Source: an uncultured Candidatus Saccharibacteria bacterium
GTDB lineage: Bacteria; Patescibacteriota; Minisyncoccia; Phycocordibacterales; UBA9973
DNA length: 64,000 nt
Direction: 5' to 3'
Assembly (NCBI GenBank): GCA_964646765.1
Contig: CAZYIA010000001.1
Location: 65,334 to 129,333 of the forward strand
Under the pieces are notes generated by a model. It was not told the DNA's origin. It did not search any database and worked only from the letters and a program-made list of their open reading frames with translations. A program made the position numbers and the translations under genes. This document shows positions 54,913 through 64,000 of this stretch, one piece after another. The stretch's first letter is position 1. The number at the start of each line of letters is the position of its first letter.

Positions 54913-54913
54913 T

Positions 54914-56008
54914 ATGTCCGTTATTCTTTTCATTATCATTCTTTTTGTTTTAGTTCTCGTACATGAGCTTGGTCACTTTACCGTCGCCAAGCTTTTTGAT
55001 ATTCGGGTAGACGAATTTGGTTTTGGCTATCCACCACGAGCGGCAAAATTATTTCGATGGAAGGAAACCGATATTACACTCAACTGGCTGCCATTTGGCG
55101 GTTTCGTAAAAATTTTTGGCGAGGATCCCACCGAAGAAAATACCAATGGCCCGGACAAAGAGCGCAGTTTTGTACATAAGCCTTGGTATGCCCAAGCGCT
55201 CGTGCTTCTTGCTGGAGTGTTCATGAACTTTATCCTCGGATGGTTTTTACTTAGCATTGGATTTTTGAGCGGCATACCAACTTCGGTTGGTTCGGAACCA
55301 GCGGGTGGGCGCGTGGAAAATGCAGCACTGATGATTACTGCAGTTTCGCCTAACTCACCAGCACAAAAAGGCGGGCTTGCTCCAGGAGATACTATTGTCT
55401 CACTTCATTCTGGTAAAGATACTGTCGATCATCCTACGCTCGAACAAGTATCTCCGTTTGTTCAATCACACAGCAAACAGGAAGTATCTCTAACAGTTTC
55501 TCAAAAAAATTCGACGAAAACTGTTTCGGTTATGCCGGAAACAATTGAAGGAAAAGTTGCTATTGGTATTGCTATGGATATGGTTGGTACCCTTAAGTTG
55601 CCATTCTTTCGTGCAATCTGGGAAGGTGTAAAGACCGCTTGGCATATGACCGGAAGTATTATGCAGACATTTGCACATCTTATTGGAGATGCATTTAAAG
55701 GAAAATCTGATCTCTCACAAGTAACTGGGCCCGTTGGTATCGTTGGTATTGTTGGCGACGCAGCACGTATTGGTGTTGCGTATCTCATTTCACTTACCGC
55801 GCTTATTTCACTTAATCTTACAGTTATTAACCTTATTCCATTTCCTGCGCTCGATGGGGGACGACTGCTCTTTGTACTTATAGAAGCGGCCACCCATCGA
55901 AAAGTTCCGGCAAAAGTGGCGAATGTGCTCAACATTGTTGGTTTTTCACTCCTGATTCTTTTTATGCTCGTGGTAACGTATCACGATGTATTAAAACTCA
56001 TCCACTAA
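54914..56008 (+). CDS. rseP: Site-2 protease RseP (M50 zinc metalloprotease) with PDZ domain
   Basis: HELGHF zinc motif, a PDZ segment (SPAQKGGLAPGDTI) and LDGG near the C-terminus. Confidence 0.85.
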   Translation: MSVILFIIILFVLVLVHELGHFTVAKLFDIRVDEFGFGYPPRAAKLFRWKETDITLNWLPFGGFVKIFGEDPTEENTNGPDKERSFVHKPWYAQALVLLAGVFMNFILGWFLLSIGFLSGIPTSVGSEPAGGRVENAALMITAVSPNSPAQKGGLAPGDTIVSLHSGKDTVDHPTLEQVSPFVQSHSKQEVSLTVSQKNSTKTVSVMPETIEGKVAIGIAMDMVGTLKLPFFRAIWEGVKTAWHMTGSIMQTFAHLIGDAFKGKSDLSQVTGPVGIVGIVGDAARIGVAYLISLTALISLNLTVINLIPFPALDGGRLLFVLIEAATHRKVPAKVANVLNIVGFSLLILFMLVVTYHDVLKLIH

Positions 56009-56010
56009 GA

Positions 56011-56052
56011 GAAAAAGGTTCCGTACCAGGAGGTAGAGGAACCTTTTTCATT
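56011..56052. terminator. Bidirectional hairpin terminator between rseP and a convergent gene
   Basis: aaaggttcc...ggaaccttt stem flanked by a(5) and tttttcattttt. Confidence 0.5.
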
Positions 56053-56058
56053 TTTACT

Positions 56059-56538
56059 TTAACGAAACATATTTTTCTGCAGCTTTGCTTGCTCTTTTTG
56101 TTTTTGAATAAGTGCTTCTTCAAAGAAAATTGCACGAACAAAAATAGGGATATATAAAGCACATTCGATAGTGAAGAAAATCATTGCTTCTTTTGAAACG
56201 TAGGCAATTGTTGTAGCGATGTCTTCTGTGCTATCAGGAGAAAGAGCAACATACTCAACAAAATCAGCTAAGAGAACAATGGCTATCAAACCAATGATGA
56301 TTGAGAGTAGTAGGGAACATATCCAGTAGGTTCCGTTGCTCGTAATGGCTTGCATCGAACAAACCTCAAGGAAAACTAGTATTGCGAAAATGAATGTAAC
56401 CGCAAAACAAGCGCAGGTGATAATAACTTGAGTCGGTAAACTAAACTGCTGTTTAGTTGAAAAAAGAGCAATAAAGCAGAGAATGATAATAATCGAGCCT
56501 AAATGGACGCTCGAATATAATTTAGTCAGCGTATTCAT
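56059..56538 (-). CDS. Hypothetical membrane protein (159 aa)
   Basis: 4-5 TM helices, no motif. Confidence 0.4.
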   Translation of the reverse strand: MNTLTKLYSSVHLGSIIIILCFIALFSTKQQFSLPTQVIITCACFAVTFIFAILVFLEVCSMQAITSNGTYWICSLLLSIIIGLIAIVLLADFVEYVALSPDSTEDIATTIAYVSKEAMIFFTIECALYIPIFVRAIFFEEALIQKQKEQAKLQKNMFR

Positions 56539-56623
56539 AAGGTTTAGTTTTTAAGGTGAATACCCGAATTTTGCATCGAGGAACGTTTTTGTCAATAAAT
56601 GATCGATCGAGCTTTTCCGGTTC

Positions 56624-56652
56624 TTGATTGAATGTAAATAATGTGTTAGATT
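56624..56652 (+). promoter_or_regulatory. Putative promoter upstream of typA
   Basis: TTGATT-N17-TAGATT. AAGGAG follows at 56655-56660, 8 nt before the TTG at 56669. Confidence 0.3.
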
Positions 56653-56668
56653 AAAAGGAGTTAAGCAA

Positions 56669-58489
56669 TTGCCGCGAGGCAATTTTTATTTATACCTATC
56701 ACTTATGGAAATTCGAAATATCGCCATTATTGCGCACGTTGACCACGGCAAGACAACACTCACTGACAAGCTCATGCAGCAGTGTGGTATGACTGACGGA
56801 AACGTTTCTATGGACTCAAACGCTCTTGAACAAGAGCGCGGTATTACCATTTACTCGAAAAATACTTCAGTAAACTACAAAGGTACGAAAATTAACATCG
56901 TAGATACTCCTGGACACGCGGACTTCGGTTCTGAAGTTGAACGCGTACTTCGAGCTATCGACTCAGTACTTCTTTTGGTTGATGCTCAGGAAGGTCCTAT
57001 GCCACAGACTCGCTTCGTGCTTAAGAAATCGCTTGAGCTCGGACTTAAGCCAATTTTAGTCATTAATAAAATTGACAAGCCAGCGGCAAATCCAGCTCGC
57101 GTGCACGACGAAGTACTCGAACTCTTTATCGAGCTTGGGGCAACAAATGACCAAATTGATTTCACTACGGTGTACGCTATCGGTCGCGAAGGTGTAGCGA
57201 TGAAAAAACTTACTGACGAGAAAAAAGATCTCACACCACTTCTTGATGTTGTTCTTGAACAGGTTCCAGTAGCTTCTGGTAAAGAAGATGCTCCAGCTCA
57301 GGCTCAGGTGTTTAACCTTGGTTACGACAACTTTATGGGTCGCTTGGCAATCGCACGTATCTACCAGGGAGTCATAAAAACAGGGGAAACAGTAACGGTA
57401 AAAAAGGCTGACGGCAGTGCTCGTACGGCTCGTATCACAAAGTTATTTTCATTTGAAGGAACAAATCGAAAAGAAGTTTCAGAAGTAACTGCTGGGGATA
57501 TTGCTATTATTGCTGGAATTCCAGACGTCTACATCGGCGAAACAGTTTGTACTAATGCTGATACACAGGCACTTCCAGCTATTGCCATTGATGAGCCAAC
57601 CATCTCGCTTAACTTTCTAGTTAACGATTCACCATTCGCTGGTAAAGAAGGAAAATTTGTCACCAGCCGCCAAATTCGTGATCGACTTGAACGTGAACTT
57701 GAAATTAACGTTGGACTGCGCGTAGATTTTTCAAATGATGCGTACTTTATCGTGTACGGTCGCGGCGAACTTCATATTGCCGTGCTTTTGGAAAATATGC
57801 GTCGCGAAGGATACGAACTCCAGGTTTCTCAGCCACAAGTTATTGTGAAAGAAGAAAATGGCGTAAAGCTTGAACCTTATGAAGAAGTTATCATTGATGT
57901 GCCAACAGAATCTTCTGGTGCAGTTATTGAAAAACTTACCAAGCGTCGTGCACTCATGCAGAATATGGTTGAGAAAGATGGCATCACTCGCGTAACATTT
58001 TCTATTCCAACTCGCGGACTCCTTGGCTATCGCAGTCAGTTCGTTGTTGATACGAAAGGTGAAGGAATTCTTTCATCACGCTTTACGAACTTCGGCGAAT
58101 ACGCAGGGGAGATTAAAAAACGTGATGTCGGTTCAATGACTTCGATGATTGCTGGAAAAGCAGTTACCTTTGCGCTCGGTAATCTCCAGGAACGTGGCAC
58201 ACTGTATGTTGAACACGGAACTGATGTCTATGAAGGCATGGTTATTGGTAACGTTACGAAAGGTGAGGAAATGGCAGTGAACCCAATTAAGGGAAAACAG
58301 CTCACCAACATGCGTGCTTCAGGAACAGATGAAACAATTTATCTCAAGCCAGCCTATACACTCTCAATTGAGCGCGGACTCGAAATTATGCAGGATGATG
58401 AGTACCTTGAAATCACTCCTCAATCAGTCCGTTTACGCAAAAAATTACTGACCGAAACTGACCGAAACAAAGCTGGACGTTCAAAATAG
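56669..58489 (+). CDS. typA: Translational GTPase TypA/BipA
   Basis: [27 protein letters not shown] and the BipA C-terminal domain. Start ambiguous: TTG 56669 (with SD) or ATG 56705 (MEIRN, no SD). Confidence 0.9.
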   Translation: MPRGNFYLYLSLMEIRNIAIIAHVDHGKTTLTDKLMQQCGMTDGNVSMDSNALEQERGITIYSKNTSVNYKGTKINIVDTPGHADFGSEVERVLRAIDSVLLLVDAQEGPMPQTRFVLKKSLELGLKPILVINKIDKPAANPARVHDEVLELFIELGATNDQIDFTTVYAIGREGVAMKKLTDEKKDLTPLLDVVLEQVPVASGKEDAPAQAQVFNLGYDNFMGRLAIARIYQGVIKTGETVTVKKADGSARTARITKLFSFEGTNRKEVSEVTAGDIAIIAGIPDVYIGETVCTNADTQALPAIAIDEPTISLNFLVNDSPFAGKEGKFVTSRQIRDRLERELEINVGLRVDFSNDAYFIVYGRGELHIAVLLENMRREGYELQVSQPQVIVKEENGVKLEPYEEVIIDVPTESSGAVIEKLTKRRALMQNMVEKDGITRVTFSIPTRGLLGYRSQFVVDTKGEGILSSRFTNFGEYAGEIKKRDVGSMTSMIAGKAVTFALGNLQERGTLYVEHGTDVYEGMVIGNVTKGEEMAVNPIKGKQLTNMRASGTDETIYLKPAYTLSIERGLEIMQDDEYLEITPQSVRLRKKLLTETDRNKAGRSK

Positions 58490-58604
58490 CTATATTTTAC
58501 AAGGATTTTTGGAAAATTTGCCAAAAAAATTGTTCTATGGTATTGTGTCTAAGTAGAAAATAAAGATTTAGAAAGATTTTAGAAGTCTTAACGACCAGAA
58601 TGCC

Positions 58605-59636
58605 ATGGTTAAACTCTCATTTAAGCCAAAACAAGTAACGAAACGCATCCTTTCTCCGCTTCAGGACCGCGCATTTGACGTGGTTGTTTCGCGGTTCGGT
58701 CTCGGTGCTGATGCAGAACGTAAAACACTTGAAGCAATCGGCCAAGCATACGATATTACTCGTGAGCGTGTTCGTCAGATTGAAGCTTCAGCATTAAACA
58801 CGATTCGTAAGTCAGCTGAATTTCAAGAAGAAATAAAGACCTTTGATGAACTTCGCCAGGTTGTACGTGAACTTGGTGCCCTGATTGCTGAAGAAGAGCT
58901 GCTTCCACTTATCACCAAAGACGAAACGCTTCAGAACCATCTTCACTTCTACTTCGTACTTTCAGATGCATTTACCAAACATAAAGAAGATGATCATTTC
59001 CGCGCTCGCTGGAGTATCGACGACAACCTTGCACAAACAGTGCATGGATCACTCAAGAAGCTTTACGAAACTATTTCTGATGATGAATTAGTTCCAGAAA
59101 GTGAACTCATCAATCGTTTTCTTGATGAACTCAAAGATGTAAACGAAGCGTACAAGAATCAGGAGGTTATTACTCGCTGGCTCTGTATGTCAAAGAAGCT
59201 TTGTCGTAATCCACTCGGTGAGTGGGGTAAGGCAGAGAGCGCAAATGTTAAGGTTCGTGGTGTTAAAGACTATGCCTACCTTGTAATGCGCAAACATGGT
59301 TCTCCTATGCACTTCCGTGAAGTTGCGAAAGCAATTGAAGGAACATTCGGTAAGAAAACACATACCGCAACATGCCATAACGAATTGATCAAAGATAATC
59401 GTTTCGTGCTCGTTGGTCGCGGTATTTACGCTCTCAAGGAATGGGGATACAAGCCTGGTGTTGTTCGCGAAGTTATCAAAGAAATCATTCGTAAGGATGG
59501 TCCGCTCACAAAAGACGACATCGTTGATCGCGTAATGAAGGAACGCTACTTGAAGAAGAATACTATTTTAGTAAACCTTCAGAATCCAAAGTACTTCAAG
59601 AAAAATAAGCAGGGTCTGTATAGTGTTGCTGCATAA
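58605..59636 (+). CDS. Sigma-70 region-4 (HTH) domain-containing protein of unknown function
   Basis: aa ~20-75 (TLEAIGQAYDITRERVRQIEASALNTIRK) match sigma-70 region 4.2. No region 2 is present, and the following 270 aa are unrecognised. Confidence 0.55.
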   Translation: MVKLSFKPKQVTKRILSPLQDRAFDVVVSRFGLGADAERKTLEAIGQAYDITRERVRQIEASALNTIRKSAEFQEEIKTFDELRQVVRELGALIAEEELLPLITKDETLQNHLHFYFVLSDAFTKHKEDDHFRARWSIDDNLAQTVHGSLKKLYETISDDELVPESELINRFLDELKDVNEAYKNQEVITRWLCMSKKLCRNPLGEWGKAESANVKVRGVKDYAYLVMRKHGSPMHFREVAKAIEGTFGKKTHTATCHNELIKDNRFVLVGRGIYALKEWGYKPGVVREVIKEIIRKDGPLTKDDIVDRVMKERYLKKNTILVNLQNPKYFKKNKQGLYSVAA

Positions 59637-59647
59637 CTAGATACTTA

Positions 59648-59682
59648 AGAGCCGCTCCCGTAAGGGAGCGGCTCTTTCCTTT
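59648..59682 (+). terminator. Rho-independent terminator
   Basis: agagccgctccc-gtaa-gggagcggctct followed by ttcctttat. Confidence 0.7.
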
Positions 59683-59710
59683 ATATACTGCCTCGCGTTA
59701 TACTTTTCAC

Positions 59711-60163
59711 ATGAACCACAATCGCGGTTTTGTCGTTGGTATTATTCTTGCTGTCATTGCGCTGGTAATGATTCTTGCTCTCATGGGTTTTTTCCGGGCG
59801 GACGGTACCGTGTACGGTCTCTCATTTAAAGAAACATTGCATTTACCTTGCGGTTTAAAGGTCTATCAACCAAAACCAAAAAAGGTTGTAGTTTTTCCTC
59901 TGACTGTCAGAGGTTATGCAAATGGCTGTGGCTGGATTCCTGCACCAGATAATCGACTAGGTATTTTGGACATCGTAAGCGACGACGGTGTCTACTACGG
60001 TTCGTATATTCTCCGAGCAAAAGGGGATGTATCTAAACCCCCGTACTATTTTGAAGGCACTGTTGATCCGGAGATTCCATATTCAGCAAAGAATGGAACA
60101 TTTATCTTCACGCCTAATTTTCCGCAGGGAAAGACCGTAAAGATCCCGGTGCTTTTTCAATAG
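59711..60163 (+). CDS. Hypothetical membrane-anchored protein (Ig-like / Gmad2-like?)
   Basis: N-terminal TM anchor, then a ~120-aa beta-rich domain; weak resemblance only. Confidence 0.35.
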   Translation: MNHNRGFVVGIILAVIALVMILALMGFFRADGTVYGLSFKETLHLPCGLKVYQPKPKKVVVFPLTVRGYANGCGWIPAPDNRLGILDIVSDDGVYYGSYILRAKGDVSKPPYYFEGTVDPEIPYSAKNGTFIFTPNFPQGKTVKIPVLFQ

Positions 60164-60199
60164 ACTTTCACTGTCGCATTAAAATGGTAGAATACACAC

Positions 60200-61495
60200 A
60201 TGATCGGTGACATTATCGTCGCAGTAATTTCTGTCATTCTTTCCATTATCTGGAAGCTTGCGATTATTTGGGCACCACTTCTCTTGGGATGGCTAGCCTT
60301 TTTCTTATGGCATCATTTTGTTGTTGAGCGATTTATTTCAGGTATTGAATTTTCACTCCTTGAAATCCATATTCCACGTGAGATGAAACGCCCGCTTCAA
60401 GCAATGGAGCTTTTTTATACCAACGGTCTCTATCACATGAGTCAAAAAGGAGGTTGGGAATCATACTGGCAGGGTGCTGTGCACTTTTGGTATTCACTCG
60501 AAATGGTTGGTATCGGCGGTCGCGTGCGATTTTTTATTCGTGTACCATCACGTCTTAAAAAATTAGTAACGACTCAGATTTATGCTCAGTATCCGCAAGT
60601 ACGTGTAGAAGAAGTTGAAGACTACACGTTAAAAATGCCTCGGTATCGAGCCGATGGTAACTGGTATTTATGGGGATGTGAGTTCAAGCTTATCCAGCAT
60701 GATGCCTACCCGATAAAAACCTATAAGCAGTGGGGGCTCGAAGAAGCAGGTCTTAAAGAAGAAGAAAAAGTTGATCCAATGACACCGATCATTGAATACC
60801 TTGGCTCTCTCGACCCAGGTGTTCAAGTGTGGATTCAAATTATTATCCGTCAAAGTGCAAAACGTTGGCATGAGCATGGTACTGTTGCGCATCACTTAGA
60901 TTTTATTCAGGAAGCAGAGCGAGTGCTCAACCAAGCTCTTGATCCGTATACTAAAAAAGGTTTAAACGTTGACGGCTCTACCTATAAAGAAATTCGTATG
61001 CCAGATACGATTAAGCAACGTATCAAATTTATTAAGGAGAAAATGTCGAAATTACATTTCGATGTTGGTATTCGACAAATTGTGCTTGCCGACAAACGAC
61101 TCGTTTCTCAGAATGAGTTCAACGGGTGGCGCCGTTCCTCACGTTTGTTGTGGCGTCAGTATACTGACCCTGATGCAAACGGATTTTCACGCTTTAACTC
61201 AACTCAATATGATCAGCCGTTCGCTGATCCAACAGGTAAACTTCTGGAGAAACGAAAAAATCGTTTTTTGACGTATTTCAAATTACGTACGATGTACTAC
61301 CCACCAATTTTGATGTCGTTTAAATATCCGCTTGTTCTCTCAATTTTCTTTCCGTCAAACGTACCGGAATATTTTGTGCTTTCTACTGAAGAACTAGCGA
61401 CTATTTTTCACTTCCCAGGTCTTGTTTCTGAAGCTCCAGCCTTCAAGCGTATTGAAACCAAAGTTGCTAAGCCACCTTCTAATCTTCCATTTTAA
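60200..61495 (+). CDS. Hypothetical membrane protein (431 aa)
   Basis: Two N-terminal TM helices, then a large soluble domain with no recognisable motif. Confidence 0.4.
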   Translation: MIGDIIVAVISVILSIIWKLAIIWAPLLLGWLAFFLWHHFVVERFISGIEFSLLEIHIPREMKRPLQAMELFYTNGLYHMSQKGGWESYWQGAVHFWYSLEMVGIGGRVRFFIRVPSRLKKLVTTQIYAQYPQVRVEEVEDYTLKMPRYRADGNWYLWGCEFKLIQHDAYPIKTYKQWGLEEAGLKEEEKVDPMTPIIEYLGSLDPGVQVWIQIIIRQSAKRWHEHGTVAHHLDFIQEAERVLNQALDPYTKKGLNVDGSTYKEIRMPDTIKQRIKFIKEKMSKLHFDVGIRQIVLADKRLVSQNEFNGWRRSSRLLWRQYTDPDANGFSRFNSTQYDQPFADPTGKLLEKRKNRFLTYFKLRTMYYPPILMSFKYPLVLSIFFPSNVPEYFVLSTEELATIFHFPGLVSEAPAFKRIETKVAKPPSNLPF

Positions 61496-61498
61496 TGT

Positions 61499-62509
61499 AT
61501 GGACGAAACACCATACATCCCAGATGAAAATGTAATTTCTACTTCCCCGGAAACAGATGAGAAGCGAGGGTGGTTTGTGTTTGCTTTGTTTCTCATAGTT
61601 ATATTGGGAGCCCTAGTGATTCTTTTTTCGATGGTTCGACCGCCGAAAACATTTCCTACTCCTTATTTTTTACGAGTAAAAGAAGGGGAGACATTATTTT
61701 CAATTACTCTTGAAGCAGAGCGGGTTGGTTTAGTGCGCTCGGCACGAGTGCTTCAGCTTATTACCATTCTAGAAGGCGGTGAGCGAACTATTCGTGCCGG
61801 TGATTATTATTTTGATACACCAATATCAGCATTCGAACTTGCGCGTAGGCTTTCGGGAGGCGATTTTCATATTACTCCGGTACGGGTCACCATTCCAGAA
61901 GGATACACAGTAAAAGATATGGCAAAGACGATCGCTCGTGCACTGCCGAAAGTAAATACAGCAGAATTTGAGGCTTTAGCAAAAAACGACGAAGGGAAAT
62001 TATTCCCCGATACGTATTTTCTTTCACCAGCTGTAACAGCCGAAGAGGTGTATCAGCAATTTCGACAAAATTTTGAAACGAAAATTGCAACGCTCCAAGA
62101 AAAAATTAAAGATTCTGGCCGTAGCGAAAAGCAAATTCTGATCATGGCTTCTATTATTGAACGTGAGGCTTCGGGTAAAGGTGATCGAGCAATTATTTCT
62201 GGTATTCTCTGGAAGCGATACGATAAGGGAATGTTGCTGCAAGTTGATGCACCGTTTTACTATATTCTTGGTAAAACAAGTGCTGAAATTTCCAAAGCCG
62301 ATTTGAAACTTGATTCACCATATAATACGTATCTGCACACTGGTCTTACGCCTACTCCTATTGGGAGCCCTGGCATGGCGTCTCTTCTCTCAGCGATTGA
62401 GCCAGAAGAAACCCCGTATCTTTTTTACCTTCACGACAAGGATGGAGTGGCTCACTACGCCAAAACATTTGCTGAACACGCAAAAAATATCCGCACCTAC
62501 CTTCATTAA
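61499..62509 (+). CDS. mltG: Endolytic murein transglycosylase MltG (YceG family)
   Basis: N-terminal TM helix, YceG-like core with catalytic-region motif IIEREA and a DAPFYY-containing segment. Confidence 0.8.
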   Translation: MDETPYIPDENVISTSPETDEKRGWFVFALFLIVILGALVILFSMVRPPKTFPTPYFLRVKEGETLFSITLEAERVGLVRSARVLQLITILEGGERTIRAGDYYFDTPISAFELARRLSGGDFHITPVRVTIPEGYTVKDMAKTIARALPKVNTAEFEALAKNDEGKLFPDTYFLSPAVTAEEVYQQFRQNFETKIATLQEKIKDSGRSEKQILIMASIIEREASGKGDRAIISGILWKRYDKGMLLQVDAPFYYILGKTSAEISKADLKLDSPYNTYLHTGLTPTPIGSPGMASLLSAIEPEETPYLFYLHDKDGVAHYAKTFAEHAKNIRTYLH

Positions 62510-62512
62510 TAT

Positions 62513-63058
62513 ATGAGAGAGACTACGCTTGCTTTTATAGATGCAGAATTTTCCGGTCGGAATTTTGATACTCATGAATTGCTTTCGCTTGGCCTTATTC
62601 TGGTTCGCGAAACTCGAGAAAATAAAAAGAGTACATTCACGGAACTTGGTGAGTGGGAATGGAAAATAACTCCGGAGCATATTCATACCGCAGAACCAGA
62701 AGCTCTTAAGATAAATCACTATGATCCATCGCAGTGGGTTGATGCCCAGTCGCTTCGCGTTGTGATGGAAGAATTTCTTCAAAAAGTTTCTGGTGCTACG
62801 TTAGTGGGGCAGAATATTCAGTTTGACATGGGTTTTATTGACCATGCGCTCCATACACTTGGCTTATCGCGCAACTACCATTACCACTCGCTTGATACTG
62901 TTTCGATCGCTCATGCACTATTACGTGATGAACCAACCCTTGAAACATTCTCGCTTCATGAACTTACGAAATACTTTGGCATCACAAATGAGCATTCGCA
63001 CACTGCTCTTTCGGATGCTCGGGCAACGTACGAACTCTACAAAAAGCTATTTTCTTAA
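62513..63058 (+). CDS. DEDDh 3'-5' exonuclease (DnaQ/epsilon-like)
   Basis: Exo I FIDAEFSG (D-x-E), Exo II QNIQFDMGFI and Exo III HTALSDARATYELY. Confidence 0.75.
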   Translation: MRETTLAFIDAEFSGRNFDTHELLSLGLILVRETRENKKSTFTELGEWEWKITPEHIHTAEPEALKINHYDPSQWVDAQSLRVVMEEFLQKVSGATLVGQNIQFDMGFIDHALHTLGLSRNYHYHSLDTVSIAHALLRDEPTLETFSLHELTKYFGITNEHSHTALSDARATYELYKKLFS

Positions 63059-63076
63059 CATCTAGAGTGCGCTAGA

Positions 63077-64000
63077 ATAGAAACATATGAAGGTCACCAA
63101 GGCGGAGCTTATGCGCCTCGCTCTCTCAATAGGGTTTGCTCTCGTTTTTTTACTCGTTGCATACAAGGGGATCGGTCTTTCGATTTCTGGTACTACGCTC
63201 GAAGCTACTGTGTTAAAAGCATTTCAAGTAAATCCCTACGCAATACACTCTTCAAAAGATATTCCCGGAACATTTAGCTTTCAGTATCAATTTACCAAAA
63301 TAAAACCCAAAAAAGGCCAAGCAAATTTTGATGTACCGATTGCGCCATTTGATGAAAAAAAAGCGCAAGCTGCATTACTCCCAGCACAAACGTTTGGTCC
63401 TATTCGTGATGCTTGGGGCTACCCAGTACGTGAAAATGCCTACATGCGTCTCGCTCTAGGAAAACCAGCAAGGGAGCGAACAGCATTGGGTACAAAAATT
63501 GCGTATGCGGCAGACCCTGGAAGTATTCCAGGAGAAGTAAATTGCCGCGCGAACACAGGAGTTACCGGCTATTTCGAAGCCTACTTTGAAGATGTAGCCC
63601 TCCATAACCATGTTGGCTATGACGACGACACGCACGGCCAAGCTCGTCGTGATAGAGCATGTCAGGTGCTTCAAGATATTGCAACCCTTATTAAACTTGA
63701 TCAAACAAATGTCACGCCAGATATTTTGTTTGCCGTAAATCCAGGAAATATGCCGGCAGGTGCCCTCGCCGCAGCTTCAGCCTATAGCGGGTACTATTCT
63801 ACAGGCCCAGATAATGGTTCCTTAAGTAAACACATTATCTCTCATATTGATCCAACTCCCCAAAACGGAAGTTTCGATGCCTTTGTGTTTACAAATTTTA
63901 GTCCAAGTATTGGCTGGGACGTGGATTCATCCTTGAACGCTAATACGTATGATTTGTATACCGTTCTCTATCATGAAGTATTGCACGCACTCGGTTTTCG
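63077..64000 (+). CDS. Putative secreted HExxH zinc metalloprotease (5' part; continues beyond the window)
   Basis: ATG at 63077 followed by a signal/TM-like segment. The frame stays open to the window end, and the last residues read YHEVLHALGF (HExxH). Confidence 0.4.

Noticed and set aside
1-64000. rRNA genes, transposases/IS elements, restriction-modification or known defence systems
   Set aside because: No 16S, 23S or 5S-like stretch, no DDE/transposase or recombinase ORF, and no recognisable defence-gene motifs were seen on either strand.

Overview
This 64-kb window is AT-rich and gene-dense. It appears to come from a small-genome bacterium with Patescibacteria/CPR-like traits: many overlapping genes, fused or truncated enzymes, almost no Shine-Dalgarno (ribosome-binding) motifs, and -10 promoter hexamers lying directly against start codons. 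Taxon and GC content are inferred, not computed.

Content is mostly housekeeping:
- A dTDP-rhamnose block (rfbB, rfbD-like, rfbA) and translation factors (ychF, lepA, typA, frr, rpsU, ybeY).
- Two aminoacyl-tRNA synthetases (leuS, valS), plus tsaC and tsaD.
- Cell wall and division genes (murA, murB, murJ, mltG, ftsZ, ftsA, an ftsB-like gene, mreB, rseP).
- Replication genes (priA, a holB-like gene, a DEDDh exonuclease), pckA, an aminotransferase and trxB.
- Six tRNAs: Gly-CCC, Arg-CCT, Phe-GAA, Val-GAC, Ser-CGA and Glu-TTC.
- Several rho-independent terminators, and a 21-bp in-frame coding tandem repeat.

Most striking observations:
1. Both editing-type class Ia synthetases carry whole phosphohydrolase domains inserted in-frame. 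LeuRS (1215 aa) has a Ham1/ITPase-like domain before its editing domain and a canonical NUDIX domain after it. ValRS has a complete histidine-phosphatase (PGAM-type, RHG motif) domain near the WCISRQ motif. None has intein signatures.
2. A contiguous bacillithiol-type cluster bshC-like(mini)-bshB-bshA lies next to a GCS2-family carboxylate-amine ligase, an Mqo-family FAD oxidoreductase and a half-size ABC exporter.
3. MurA carries an N-terminal XRE-type HTH domain. An 18-bp perfect palindrome sits in the divergent murA-murB intergenic region and is a candidate operator for that domain.
4. PriA retains its zinc fingers but has degenerate Walker A and DEEH helicase motifs.
5. Smaller oddities: a tRNA-Arg with two A.C stem mismatches and an inverted 12-mer copy of its T-arm nearby; GTAAG heptad iterons between ftsA and ftsZ; a GC-rich structured element after tRNA-Glu; an orphan terminator next to a three-gene hypothetical island.

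No CRISPR array, rRNA, transposase or integrase was seen. Coordinates come from the ORF track and manual reading; tRNA and hairpin ends may be off by 1-2 nt.
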